Below the pieces are notes generated by a model. It did no database searches and had not been told where the DNA came from. It was given only the letters and a program-made list of their open reading frames with translations. Shown here piece after piece: positions 1 to 10,212 of a DNA stretch of 61,268 nucleotides (the stretch's first letter is position 1; each line of letters opens with the position of its first letter). The stretch is from Basidiobolus ranarum (lineage: Eukaryota), in the NCBI GenBank assembly GCA_040143965.1, contig JASJQH010000007.1, forward strand, positions 1 to 61,268, written 5' to 3'. A program made the translations under genes and the position numbers.

Positions 1-1887
1 ACGTTCTCGTTGTTGGTAAGGGGTTGTTAGCACTTCAATAATGCCCACATCCTTACTAACACAATCTTGCTTTGCCATATGCACTGTAGTTACGAGATAT
101 GTTCGAGGACGCTAGTCTACCTATGAACGATGCAATGAGGAGTTTGACAAGTAAGCAAGCCATCTGGTTGGTTTGAAGCTCTGTGATATCGGGGTAAACC
201 AACAAAGAGCTAGATACATAATGGACACTGCAAAAGTGGTTACACATAGTATGTGGTGGTACATTGCAAATCATGTCTATTTTGCTGCTTCAATGACCCA
301 AAGATTGGGTATTACGAATAGAGGAGAGCACCGCGGTTGTAATCGTACTTGTACACTCAATCTAGAACCTCATTTAGATATTGTTATTTGCAGTGATTAT
401 CTAGAATTCCTCTGGTACTACCTTCAGAGAAGTACTAATGAACATCACCACCTTATGAGCATGGGCCACACAAATGCAGAGCAATTCATTAATTTTGCAG
501 ATCTCTAAGAAGTACATTCAACAAATCTGTGCAAACATAACAGAGCCCCCGTACATAAACACCTTCTTTAGTATATATCTAAGAATAACTTCAGGTAGAT
601 TGCCTGTCAAAACAGGTGTTCATGATGATGATAGGAGTACTGAAGGGTCAGAATGCTCAGATTGACGGCCAAAATTCCTGCTGTCACGGGCTGATCCAAA
701 TCCATCCTATCTGGGCCAGCCACTCGGAGCAACGTAGAAATACCGATTTTACGGAAACTAATGAGTGTCTTAGCTTGCCTGTCATAAACCACTCAATACT
801 AACACATGAACTAACCGGTGTCTATCAACTTCATGTGAGGTGGTTTGATGCTTGGCAAATCCAATGATGTAGTGACGCAATACTTTCAGAATCTGTGATC
901 CGATGGGACTTTCGTATCAGCTCAGCAGGGAGCGAGAGCTCCGCTGTGCCTATCTATCCGACAATATAATGGCTATGCCCCTCGCTGACACTTCAGAAAT
1001 ACGAGCAAAAGGGGTAGTTCACTTGACTCGATGAATGATCTGTCATTACCTGCGAAGCTCAGACCTAGAGGTAATATGGTGGGTGGCATGATCCCCATCC
1101 ATCAATGACTTCATGTCGTACATACTTGGTAATTCTACTAGCTGGCTAGAGTCAGGGTCAAAGTAGCATTCTGGGGTGATCCCATGCTTCAATAGCATAT
1201 ATACGGATCTTGGATGATCGCAAGATCGTTGATGCGTCGATCATGTGGTGACAAACATTACCTGAGAATGTCGGAATAACTGCATCTGTGAACCCCTCTC
1301 CAACGACACAAAATCCTCAGCCACTAATAAAACCAAGCATGTCGCAACCATGATGTTCAGGTTTCTTATTTTACGTCTCCACACTAAACCCATGTCAAAT
1401 CATAACATCGCCATAATATTGCATGCATAGAAATCCACCCGAAAGACATGTCTAGGGTTTCTCTTCATTGTTATTGTTGTACTTTAAGCCACACAATCAG
1501 ACCAGAAATCATGCGACAAAGCGCAATCAATCTCTTAGGTCAATCTCTACTATTTAAGTGGTCTGTGTCAACTACTAACCACTCACAGGACCGATGGCCG
1601 GATATCAACGCTCAATCAATTGCCAACAACTACACTTGAAATGGCATATTTAACCTGACAAATCTACACGGTTCAGGAATTTATTAGTGATCATATCAAG
1701 AATGTACATCACCCAAGCCGCAAGCAAAAAATTGAACAAGCATTTGAAAGCTGAGAAATATAATTATTGAACATGAAAGAGAAGTTACGGCCATTTGCGA
1801 GGGGTAAACAAACCGACTGCTAGAAAGAAACCCATTTTTTGTGGTAGTATTGGCTTGGAAGAGCTCCCGAGACAAACAAAGGACCAC

Positions 1888-2715
1888 TCACGACGAAGTC
1901 TCAAGAATCCTAGCACGAACCTGAGCAATGAGGAAAGGAAGATTGTCAAACCTCTTCGCAAAGTCGATTATATCGGTAATATCCCCATCCCAATTGACCA
2001 CACTAGCATCTTCAATTGTTTGAGTATTGGGATCAATAAAAATGTGAAGAGCAGGGTTTGAGAATCGGGGAATCTTAAATCTGATGACAAGCTCGGCCTC
2101 GCTTGACATCTCCACAGATTCAACTCCAACCATCTCTCGATATCCGTTGTTAGCGTGACGATACCTTTATCCAATAATCATAGGGAGGTATTGTTAATCG
2201 TTTAGCCCGTAAGTAGAATATGTAATGCGTGACCTACCACTTGCAGAGCTTCTCAACACGGGGATCCTGGTTCTGTGCCTTACTTGATATGGCAAGCACC
2301 TTTTTCTCGGCACTTTGACGTTGCTCTTGAAGCTGGGTAACTTCCTGTTGGAGGGTTTCTATCTTCCACTTAAGATCGTTTACGTTGATTTTTTTCTCTT
2401 CAATTGACGAATACACATCTTGAAACTCTTGAGTCTTGTTTGGAAACCAAGTATTTAGTTCAATAAAATAATCGTGTAAAAAGCCACCTTTGACTGAAAT
2501 AGTTACCTGCTCATCTAGAATTCGCTGTGACTTCTCAAGCTTCATTTTCTAATAAAGTAGGATTAAGATAGTTGCTACGTAGTATTTGAATTAAACTATT
2601 CTTACAATTTCATTCTTCTCCGGATTTGATAAATCAGTAAGCTTTTGCTCCTGAAAGAGAATGGATAAGTAAAGGTTGTATAATTGGAAAAGAAATGTTT
2701 GTACCTTTTCTTGAG
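1888..2715 (-). pseudogene. 3' exons of a Sos7/Kre28(Zwint)-like kinetochore protein gene; native 5' half missing and replaced by copia gag
   Basis: Four GT-AG introns splice in frame to give EQKLTDLSNPEKNEI|KMKLEKSQRILDEQ|TQEFQ...DPRVEKLCKW|YRHANNGYREMVGVES...DIIDFAKRFDNLPFLIAQVRARI. This is a coiled coil followed by an RWD-like C-terminus resembling fungal Sos7 proteins. No native N-terminal exons were found upstream. Confidence 0.55.
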
Positions 2716-3298
2716 TCCCTGATTTGTGTAAATCTTTATCCCAAAGTCTGCCAAATACATAATTTAAGGTCAAATTTTCAGTTCTTGATTCTAGAGCCAT
2801 TAGTAGGCTCTGAAACTTGTGTGGCAGGCTATTTAGGACTGTAACTATGATATCTTGATCAGTAGTAGGTATGCCAATGCATTACATTTCATCAACTAAA
2901 ATAGTGACTCTGTTGATTAGTTATTTAATGTCTTCTCCTAGCTTCATCTTTAAGTAACCAAACTGTCTTCTTAGAAATGTCTTGTTGGAAGCAAAACTTG
3001 TTTTGTAGGTGTCTTCCAAGGCTTTTCATACCTTCTTGGCAGTTTTAGCTCTTGAACATTGAATTAGCAATTTGTCTTTAATATTAAGACAAATTGTGTT
3101 ACTGGCACTGTGTTCTTCTTTAACCTGGAGTTAAACTTTGGTTTCAGATTGCTTTGCATTGTTTTCTTCTCCTACATCAGTGTCCCAAAGTCCTCTTTCT
3201 TGTAGCTGCATTTTCAATTTAATTTTCCAAACTTGATAATTGGTACCATCCACTCTTCCAGAAGAGGGAAAAGTTCAATAAATTTGAGAAGTAGACAT
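2716..3298 (-). mobile_element. Degenerate Ty1/copia gag (DUF4219/UBN2-type), pol absent
   Basis: Frame-preserved translation from ATG 3298 with five in-frame stops: MSTSQIY*TFPSSGRVDGTNYQVWKIKLKMQLQERGLWD...TAKKV*KALEDTY...FLRRQFGYLKMKLGEDI...VLNSLPHKFQSLLMALESRTENLTLNYVFGRL. It follows directly after an LTR and PBS. Confidence 0.9.
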
Positions 3299-3316
3299 TA
3301 CAGAGAGTGCAAGCTT

Positions 3317-3329
3317 GGGGCTCATAACC
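3317..3329 (-). promoter_or_regulatory. Copia primer-binding site (GGTTATGAGCCCC)
   Basis: Immediately follows the LTR end ...TTAACA on the minus strand. Resembles the GGTTATGGGCCC PBS of Drosophila copia-type elements, which prime on an internal part of tRNA-iMet. Confidence 0.85.
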
Positions 3330-3658
3330 TGTTAATGCATCTGAGAGCCTGTTGGAAGTGGGTTGCAGAATTAGAGGGATTGATTGTTTTCACTTATTGA
3401 TTTATTGAGTTGAAAGTTAACAATTATAGTTTTGTCAAGATGTAGACAAACTAATCTGTATAATGTGCTAAGAAAGGTCCCAGGAGCATGTGTGCAAAGT
3501 GTGGGGCTTCTAGCACAAGTTTGAAAGATCTATATATCTGAGAATTTCTAAGTAAATTCCTTATGAGGATAATGGATAATATCTTAGTGAAATATAAGAT
3601 AACTAAGTACTAAGCTATATATGACTATATAGGTGTTTAGTCAATGCTAATTTCAACA
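3330..3658 (-). mobile_element. 5' LTR of the copia element (329 bp, TG...CA)
   Basis: The minus strand begins TGTTGAAA and ends ATTAACA, contains a TATATA box and AATAAA, and is followed by the PBS and gag. Confidence 0.85.
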
Positions 3659-3854
3659 ATAACAAGTATGTCTTATTACCCTCACTTATCTATTATATCT
3701 TATTACACAAACTCCTAAATATCTCAAATTATTAATTTACTTCTGTACTACAAAAATCACCATATTCTCTTAAGAACAAAGTAACCAAAAACACTATCAT
3801 AAGTTGCCTCTAATATACAAAGTCTACCCCCATTATGTCAAGATCCTCCAAAAT

Positions 3855-4060
3855 ATATATATTATCAAACTTGTGCTAGAGCCCCCAAACTTTGCACACA
3901 TGTTCCTGGGACCTTTCTTAACACAATTGTAGCATTAGCTTGTTTATATCTTGACAAAACTATAAATGTCAACTCTCTACTCAATAAATCAATGAGTGAA
4001 AACCACCAGGTTCTCTATTTCTCCAAACCACTTCCAACAGGCTCCCAATTTACTTTAACA
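3855..4060 (+). mobile_element. Second, related LTR in inverted orientation (solo or 5'-truncated)
   Basis: 3865-4060 aligns with the reverse complement of 3330-3524, sharing blocks such as TCAAACTTGTGCTAGA, CCTGGGACCTTTCTTA, ATCTTGACAAAACTATAA and CCACTTCCAACAGGCTC. It ends in TTAACA with no PBS after it. The 5' limit is uncertain. Confidence 0.8.
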
Positions 4061-4682
4061 TTATATGTGCACAAAGATAATATGGTGAAGCATATATGCA
4101 GAATTCTCCAGATAAAATAATACAAGGGAGGCCTAATAAAAATTGTGCTATTAACATTGATGCTCCAGGCATTAAATTATGAAGATTAATCAAGATATTG
4201 CAACATTTATATGTGACAAATTCTGGCACAATATATTTCTAGAAAGCATTCAAGAACTCAAATATCAAAGTACCCTGCACGAAATGTTTAGCATTGTCAA
4301 TCAATGAGTTATCTATGACAATCTCGACTAGAGAGAGTGGAAGGTTTACAAACAGTATCTTGCATATGAAAATAGGGCCAGTTGTTGGATTTCTTTGGTT
4401 GTTGAGTATTTTCCATTATTGGATTTCTTCAGCTGATCCGATATAATGATAATGATGAATTTTGTTATTAAACCTAACCAACCATTGTATAATCCTAACC
4501 CTGCAACATAAGGAAGCACTAACCACTTTTGGCGTTGAGTATGCAAGACCAACCCTAGCCCTAAATACCACTTTGGCGACTTTGCAAGCTATAGGTCAGC
4601 TCCACTTCGGCCTATTGTTAGTATTAAGGAATGACTCGGGTAGATGTTTCGCATTGATCCCTGTTTCTACCGTGTAGCTCAA

Positions 4683-5035
4683 GATAAGCACTGAGTCACA
4701 AGATTTGTGACTAAGACTAAGAAAATACGGGTTCTGGTTGGAGATCCGATCAATAATTTAAGTTCATATCATATGATCCACATTCACAGCTGCATTTACA
4801 GTTGCTTGCTCTTCATACTCGCCTCATACTCATACCCTTATCCTGGCAGTCACATGAAAGTTCAAGATAGGAAATTGTATGGAATAAGATCAGGTGCAGA
4901 TAGGATTTTTGCAGCTCTCAGGGTGCTTCCCCTTTATTTCCGAAAAGAAGATAAACATACTAAAGGCCATTGGCTCTGTTAATTGAGTTGACTGCTTATC
5001 TATTGTTTGGGATCTAGTCTCACTCGCTTATAAAA
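4683..5035 (+). promoter_or_regulatory. GATA-site cluster and TATA box upstream of the ammonium transporter (candidate AreA/Gln3-type nitrogen control)
   Basis: GATAAG 4683, CTTATC 4837, GATAG 4866 and 4899, GATAA 4950, CTTATC 4995; TATAAAA 5029-5035; ATG at 5086. Confidence 0.6.
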
Positions 5036-5085
5036 CCTGAGGATAGCCATACAACAGGACTGTATCAACTCATCATTAACAGAAA

Positions 5086-6453
5086 ATGAGTACTTTAGCA
5101 CCTGCATCCACTCCTAATTATTCTTCGGGGGATATCACTTGGGTACTCGTCTCAACGAGTCTCGTCTTTTTGATGATTCCTGGAGTAGGCTATTTCTACA
5201 GTGGAATGGCTCGTTCAAAAAATGCCCTTTCCCTAATAATGTTATGCTGTCTATCAGTAGCCGTTGTACTAATTCAATGGTTTATCTGGGGCTACTCTCT
5301 TGCTTTTGGTCCTAGCGGTAGCTGGTTTATAGGGAATCTAGACCACGCTTTTCTACGTGATCTTGTAGGTAATCCTAGTGTTGGTAGTTCAAAGATCCCT
5401 GACCTTGCTTTCATGATCTATCAATCCATGTTCGCCTCGATTGCCCCCGCTCTAGCAATTGGCGCTTCAGCTGAACGTGCTCGTATTTTACCGACAATTG
5501 TATTCATCTTTATTTGGGCAACACTTGTCTATGACCCATTGGCATACTGGACTTGGTCTCCAGACGGTTGGGCCATGAAATTGGGAAGTCTTGACTTCGC
5601 TGGTGGCACGCCTGTTCATATCTCCTCGGGAGTTGCCGCTCTAGCATATGCAATTAAGGTGGGAAAAAGAGAAGGACATGGTACTGAGAAATTTAAGGCC
5701 CATAATATGTCCAATGTTGTAATGGGAACCGCTTTTCTTTGGTTCGGTTGGTTTGGTTTCAATGGAGGTTCTGCCTTAGCTGGCTCCCTCAGAGCTGTCA
5801 TGGCTATTGTAGTGACAAACATCTCTGCCGCTTCAGGAGCTCTAACCTGGGTATTAATTGATTATTTCCGTACTGGACGTAAATTCTCAGCCCTCGCCTT
5901 TTGCTCCGGGGCTGTGGCTGGATTAGTTGCCATTACACCAGGATCAGGCTACGTTGGTCCAGCTCCTGCAGTTCTAATTGGTGTGGTTGCAGGAATCGGA
6001 TGTAACTACGCCCGTCATTTAAACCATCTGTTGGATTTTGATGATGCTTTAGATGTATTTGCTGTTCACGCAGTTGGCGGTTTTCTTGGAGACCTTATGA
6101 CTGGTATTTTTGCTGAACAACGTATAGCTGCTTTAGATGGATCAACCATTTCAGGAGGATGGATCAACGGTAATTTCATGCAGATTCTCTACCAACTTGC
6201 TGGAAGTTCAGCAGGATTTGCATGGACATTCATTGTCACATACATTATCTTGTGGATCATGGATAAAATACCAGGACTTAGCCTTCGTGCTGATCCCGAA
6301 AGTGAAAGACTTGGTTTAGATCTCTCGGAGTTAGGGGAGTCAGCCTATTATCACGTAGAACATGCTCGTACCATCAGTTCACATACCATTAATGAGGCCA
6401 GTGACTTGAGTTTAGAAAAGGTTTGCGTTGAGACAGAAACAACCAAAGCTTAA
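5086..6453 (+). CDS. MEP2: Ammonium transporter (Amt/MEP family), intronless, 455 aa
   Basis: Motifs FLMIPGVGYFYSG, DFAGGTPVHISSG, LWFGWFGFNGGS, GLVAITP, DDALDVFAVHAVGG (twin His kept, as in Mep2/AmtB) and C-terminal ExxGLD. Family is certain; the MEP2 orthology is tentative. Confidence 0.95.
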   Translation: MSTLAPASTPNYSSGDITWVLVSTSLVFLMIPGVGYFYSGMARSKNALSLIMLCCLSVAVVLIQWFIWGYSLAFGPSGSWFIGNLDHAFLRDLVGNPSVGSSKIPDLAFMIYQSMFASIAPALAIGASAERARILPTIVFIFIWATLVYDPLAYWTWSPDGWAMKLGSLDFAGGTPVHISSGVAALAYAIKVGKREGHGTEKFKAHNMSNVVMGTAFLWFGWFGFNGGSALAGSLRAVMAIVVTNISAASGALTWVLIDYFRTGRKFSALAFCSGAVAGLVAITPGSGYVGPAPAVLIGVVAGIGCNYARHLNHLLDFDDALDVFAVHAVGGFLGDLMTGIFAEQRIAALDGSTISGGWINGNFMQILYQLAGSSAGFAWTFIVTYIILWIMDKIPGLSLRADPESERLGLDLSELGESAYYHVEHARTISSHTINEASDLSLEKVCVETETTKA

Positions 6454-6564
6454 TTCAAACTTATCTCCCAAAAATACTGTAACATACATACCCTCTTGTA
6501 GATGCAATTTTCTCATTCCCTTCTCCCGAAGAAAAGCAAGAATAACCTTAATGTTAAACATATA

Positions 6565-6632
6565 CCTATCCGTTCTTACATACAAAATAAATAATCCTAT
6601 CTGTTCTTACATACAAAATAAATACTCCTATC
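6565..6632 (+). repeat. 31-bp tandem duplication in the Amt 3' region, each unit containing AATAAA
   Basis: CCTATCCGTTCTTACATACAAAATAAATAAT followed by CCTATCTGTTCTTACATACAAAATAAATACT. Confidence 0.85.
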
Positions 6633-6862
6633 CAACCTCTATACAAACTGATTAGAATCCTCTTTTAATAAGCTTAATGAATGCACTTAATCGTAAACGT
6701 AAAATGCTCTAAAATAACTGATTTACACCAATTATATTACCATATTAATTAGGAATCATGCTGCCCGATTAAAATGGGATATTTTTTAGACATAAAGGAT
6801 ACTATTTATAAGCCAATTCTTGTTTATAGCTTTAGTTCACAATACATTGTACGTAAGAAGTA

Positions 6863-7651
6863 ATGGATACGCTAGAACAACTGATTCAACAAAAGGACTA
6901 CAAAGGTCTAGTTAGTGCTTGCGAGGAATTGGAATTTCACGTTAGTTCACTTGCTCCTTACTTATCGCATTAAAAACAGTTTACTTACTCTCTCCTTAAG
7001 GTTGCTATCGGCCGAATTGACGTACCATTAAATACACTTTATAGCTTTCTCTTTGCTGGATATCTACTTACCAATGAATTGTAGGTAGTTTTCTATTTTC
7101 GCTACTATAAAGAAGCTCTCTCACTTACCCATTCCAAATAACTTCTTAACTGCTAGAAATGCAAGTCGATTTTTATGGAAAAGATTGTCAACTGACTTGA
7201 AAGAGGATTCGGAGCTGAGAAACTTTCATCGGATTTTTGTATCTCTATGGAAACGTGAATACCCCACTGTATATGAAGAAATCACTCGCTCCTCTTGGAC
7301 AAATCCTTTACTGGTTCAATTAAACCAAGAATTGATGACTATCATAAGAGAACGTATGTTCGGTTTAATTTCTACCGCATATTCACATATATCCATTGCC
7401 GATACCAGTCGATATCTGGGTGTACCCGAGGCTGACTTACCCTCAAGTCTTCAGCCAAGAGGTTGGGAAATGACTGAAAATGGATTCATTCCCAAACAAA
7501 TAGGTACTTTTATCCTTAATTTCATCCCTCTTCACTTTCACTCTTACTTACATACCTTCCATTTGTAGAGAAAAAAGTTGAACAAACTACAGGTTTGGAA
7601 CAACTGGATCAATTAGCCGGCTATGTCATGTATCTTGAATCATCGGTCTAG
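6863..7651 (+). CDS. CSN8: COP9 signalosome subunit 8, 4 exons
   Basis: Spliced product MDTLEQLIQQKDYKGLVSACEELE...NASRFLWKRL...LWKREY...IRERMFGLISTAYSHIS...YLG...GW...EQLDQLAGYVMYLE fits the CSN8 PCI pattern. Confidence 0.85.
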
Positions 7652-7909
7652 AACGGTTACTTTTATTGGATAAGATAGCCTTGCAGCCTTGTTCTCATCG
7701 ATGGCTACATGTAACGTCTGCCAGATACACATACATGAATAAAGGAAGATTTATCAAATGATCTTTAATATTACAATCAGAAAAATCCCCCCAAAATCTC
7801 TGGTGTAGGTCATCTCTATACCAAATGACAGAAAGTGAGAAGAACCCACCTAATAACATATGGCTAATGTGGTATGCAATATTTTACAGTGAACAATGGG
7901 AAGTTATTA

Positions 7910-9844
7910 TCATTCATTTAGTGGTCGATAATCTACCAGAAATCGGTCTATTTCTTGATCTTTGGGTAGAACAGCTGGACACCAGGCGGCTATTAGCCGT
8001 TTCGCTTGCTTGGCCAAGTCATCCCTCTCAGCATAGATAAGATGGCTTAGTAGAAGAAGGATATTTCCTTTGGCTGGAATCACCTGAAGCATGTTCATTG
8101 TTTCTAAAGTCGGAATGAATTGTTCAAAATCCCCTTTTTTGGCCAACAAATTGAAATACCGCTGAAAATTCCTACGCTCAAGAGTTATCTTAGAACGCTC
8201 CCGACCAAGCTGGCGTTTTAATACGTCTTGCATAACTTGATAGCCAGGCTCGATCTGGTTATTGAATGTGCAAGAATCTAAGAAAATACTGAGGGTGGCG
8301 GAATCGGGAGCAAGTGAAAATTTAGGAAATGAATGCCAAAGCTCTAGAACCTTTTCACCATCTCCTAGTCGATTGTACGCATCCATGATTGTATTCATCA
8401 GTACAGTGTCAGGGCGGATTTTATCCATCATCATTCGCTTCTCCAAATCTTTTATCGCCTGCAGATTGGAGGTTTTCGCAAATCCATCGATGAGAGCACC
8501 GTATGTAACATGGTTAGGGGTGATTCCGGACTTCCGCATCTCTTCAAATAGACGTACAGCGGTGGCGAGGTCCAAGCTCTTTGCATACAAGTTGATCATG
8601 GATGTATAGATGTAGACATTAGGCTTGGCCTCCTGCTCGGCCATTAATTGCACTACTTTGGAGATCCCCAGAGTCCCGTACTTCTGGTCAAAGGCATACA
8701 AAATGGCGTTGTAATAATGCAGATTTCGAGACATCCCTGACCGACCCAGCACTTCGAAAACTTGTATGGCATCGTCGTGTTGATAATGATCTACCATGAT
8801 CTTCGTGATGATACTGAAAGCCTGTATATCGGGAAATAGCCCAATGCGCAGCATTCTGTTGAACAACTTCATCGCAGTTTTGTGATTACCAGCTGCTCCG
8901 TAAGATTGCATCAATAAACTGTAAGCCTTGACATCCGCAGTTATTCCTGAATGTTGCATTCGTTGAAATGTTTGAATGCACCCAGCTTGATCAGACCCTT
9001 TATAATGAGCCTTCATTAATTCCGTAAAAATAGAAATGTTTGGGCACACATTGGCGTCAATCATATCCTCGAATATAATCCCCGCCTCTTTGTATTTTCC
9101 AAGCGCGGCGAAGTGAGATATCCCCAAAAAGAAAAGAAATGATATTGGCACTGTGGCACGATGAATAATTTTACGAATATCTTCCAAGGTGACACCCTTT
9201 TGGTCCAACGCCTCGCGCAATTGTGCATATACAGTAATGGGTAGCCCAGGTTTAAGTTTACTCAACGAAGATACTAATTGTTGGGCGTGAATCTCCTGGG
9301 AATCTTCAGTTAATTTCGTTACCAGTACATGAATCGTCTTTGCAGTTGGAGTTAGCCCACCTTTCACCATCTTCTGAATCAGATCCATGGCTAGTTCGAA
9401 TTTCTTCTGATGACAGGCCTTCTGAATAATTGTTATGTATGCCTTCTCTTTATACTCGTGAATATGCGGTAACAATGATAACATCTTATCAAGATTATGC
9501 GGGTCTCGAACTTTATGTAATAACAATAGAAGTTTATATTGAACATCCTGTGGAATCCTATCTCGGAGAGAGGGCTCGACGTTAGATACTATATCCCAAG
9601 CATGAAATAAATCCTGTCGATTGATGTAAACCGATAGCAACTCTAGTGGTATGCTTGAAAGATTTCTACTTGGTACGGAATGTGAATAATTATCGACGGC
9701 GCTCGAACTAATACACCGTGAAGAATTAAGGTCAAAATTCACAAAGGAATTGACCAAACGCGGTACTACTGGAATGAGTCTCAGTCGTCTGGGAGTGCAG
9801 AGTTTTATCCTCAACCCTAGCTTCCTGAGATTCCAAGGAAGCAT
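7910..9844 (-). CDS. Pentatricopeptide-repeat protein, probably mitochondrial, intronless
   Basis: Repeated 35-aa PPR units (PNVYIYTSMINLYAK...AVRLFEEMRKSGITPNHVTYGALIDGFAK...PDTVLMNTIMDAY). The first ATG at 9844 gives an Arg/Leu-rich presequence-like N-terminus. Confidence 0.92.
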   Translation of the reverse strand: MLPWNLRKLGLRIKLCTPRRLRLIPVVPRLVNSFVNFDLNSSRCISSSAVDNYSHSVPSRNLSSIPLELLSVYINRQDLFHAWDIVSNVEPSLRDRIPQDVQYKLLLLLHKVRDPHNLDKMLSLLPHIHEYKEKAYITIIQKACHQKKFELAMDLIQKMVKGGLTPTAKTIHVLVTKLTEDSQEIHAQQLVSSLSKLKPGLPITVYAQLREALDQKGVTLEDIRKIIHRATVPISFLFFLGISHFAALGKYKEAGIIFEDMIDANVCPNISIFTELMKAHYKGSDQAGCIQTFQRMQHSGITADVKAYSLLMQSYGAAGNHKTAMKLFNRMLRIGLFPDIQAFSIITKIMVDHYQHDDAIQVFEVLGRSGMSRNLHYYNAILYAFDQKYGTLGISKVVQLMAEQEAKPNVYIYTSMINLYAKSLDLATAVRLFEEMRKSGITPNHVTYGALIDGFAKTSNLQAIKDLEKRMMMDKIRPDTVLMNTIMDAYNRLGDGEKVLELWHSFPKFSLAPDSATLSIFLDSCTFNNQIEPGYQVMQDVLKRQLGRERSKITLERRNFQRYFNLLAKKGDFEQFIPTLETMNMLQVIPAKGNILLLLSHLIYAERDDLAKQAKRLIAAWCPAVLPKDQEIDRFLVDYRPLNE

Positions 9845-10212
9845 TTGTTCGGGTATGTTGTTGGTTGGAGACAAAAATACAGTTTGCTGCGTGAAGAAAC
9901 AATTAATATATTATTGTAGTGTATATGGGCTTAGATGAAGAAGACTCTGTACAGCATGATCATTAACTCAAAAACCCCAGAGGAATTTTGGATCATTTAA
10001 AAAAAGAATTTTCCTTGACAATGCTCGATTTAAGCATGATCCCTTTTATTTAATGTGGGGTTGAGAGCGGCTATGTTGAGTACCAATTAATCAAATATAA
10101 ACTAGTGGCTAACCCTAAGCTGATATCCGTGGTTTAAAAATTTTTCGGTTCGAGTCACAGCTTAATTCATCGCAGCTTCTCAATTCCTACACTTCACCTT
10201 TGTCCTCTAATC

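Noticed and set aside
2716-3298. In-frame TGA codons as selenocysteine or readthrough
   Set aside because: They are mixed with TAA stops in a decayed gag and are explained by transition mutations.
10100-10165. tRNA gene suggested by TAGTGG...GGTTCGAGTC
   Set aside because: No T-stem or acceptor-stem pairing; at most an isolated B-box-like motif.
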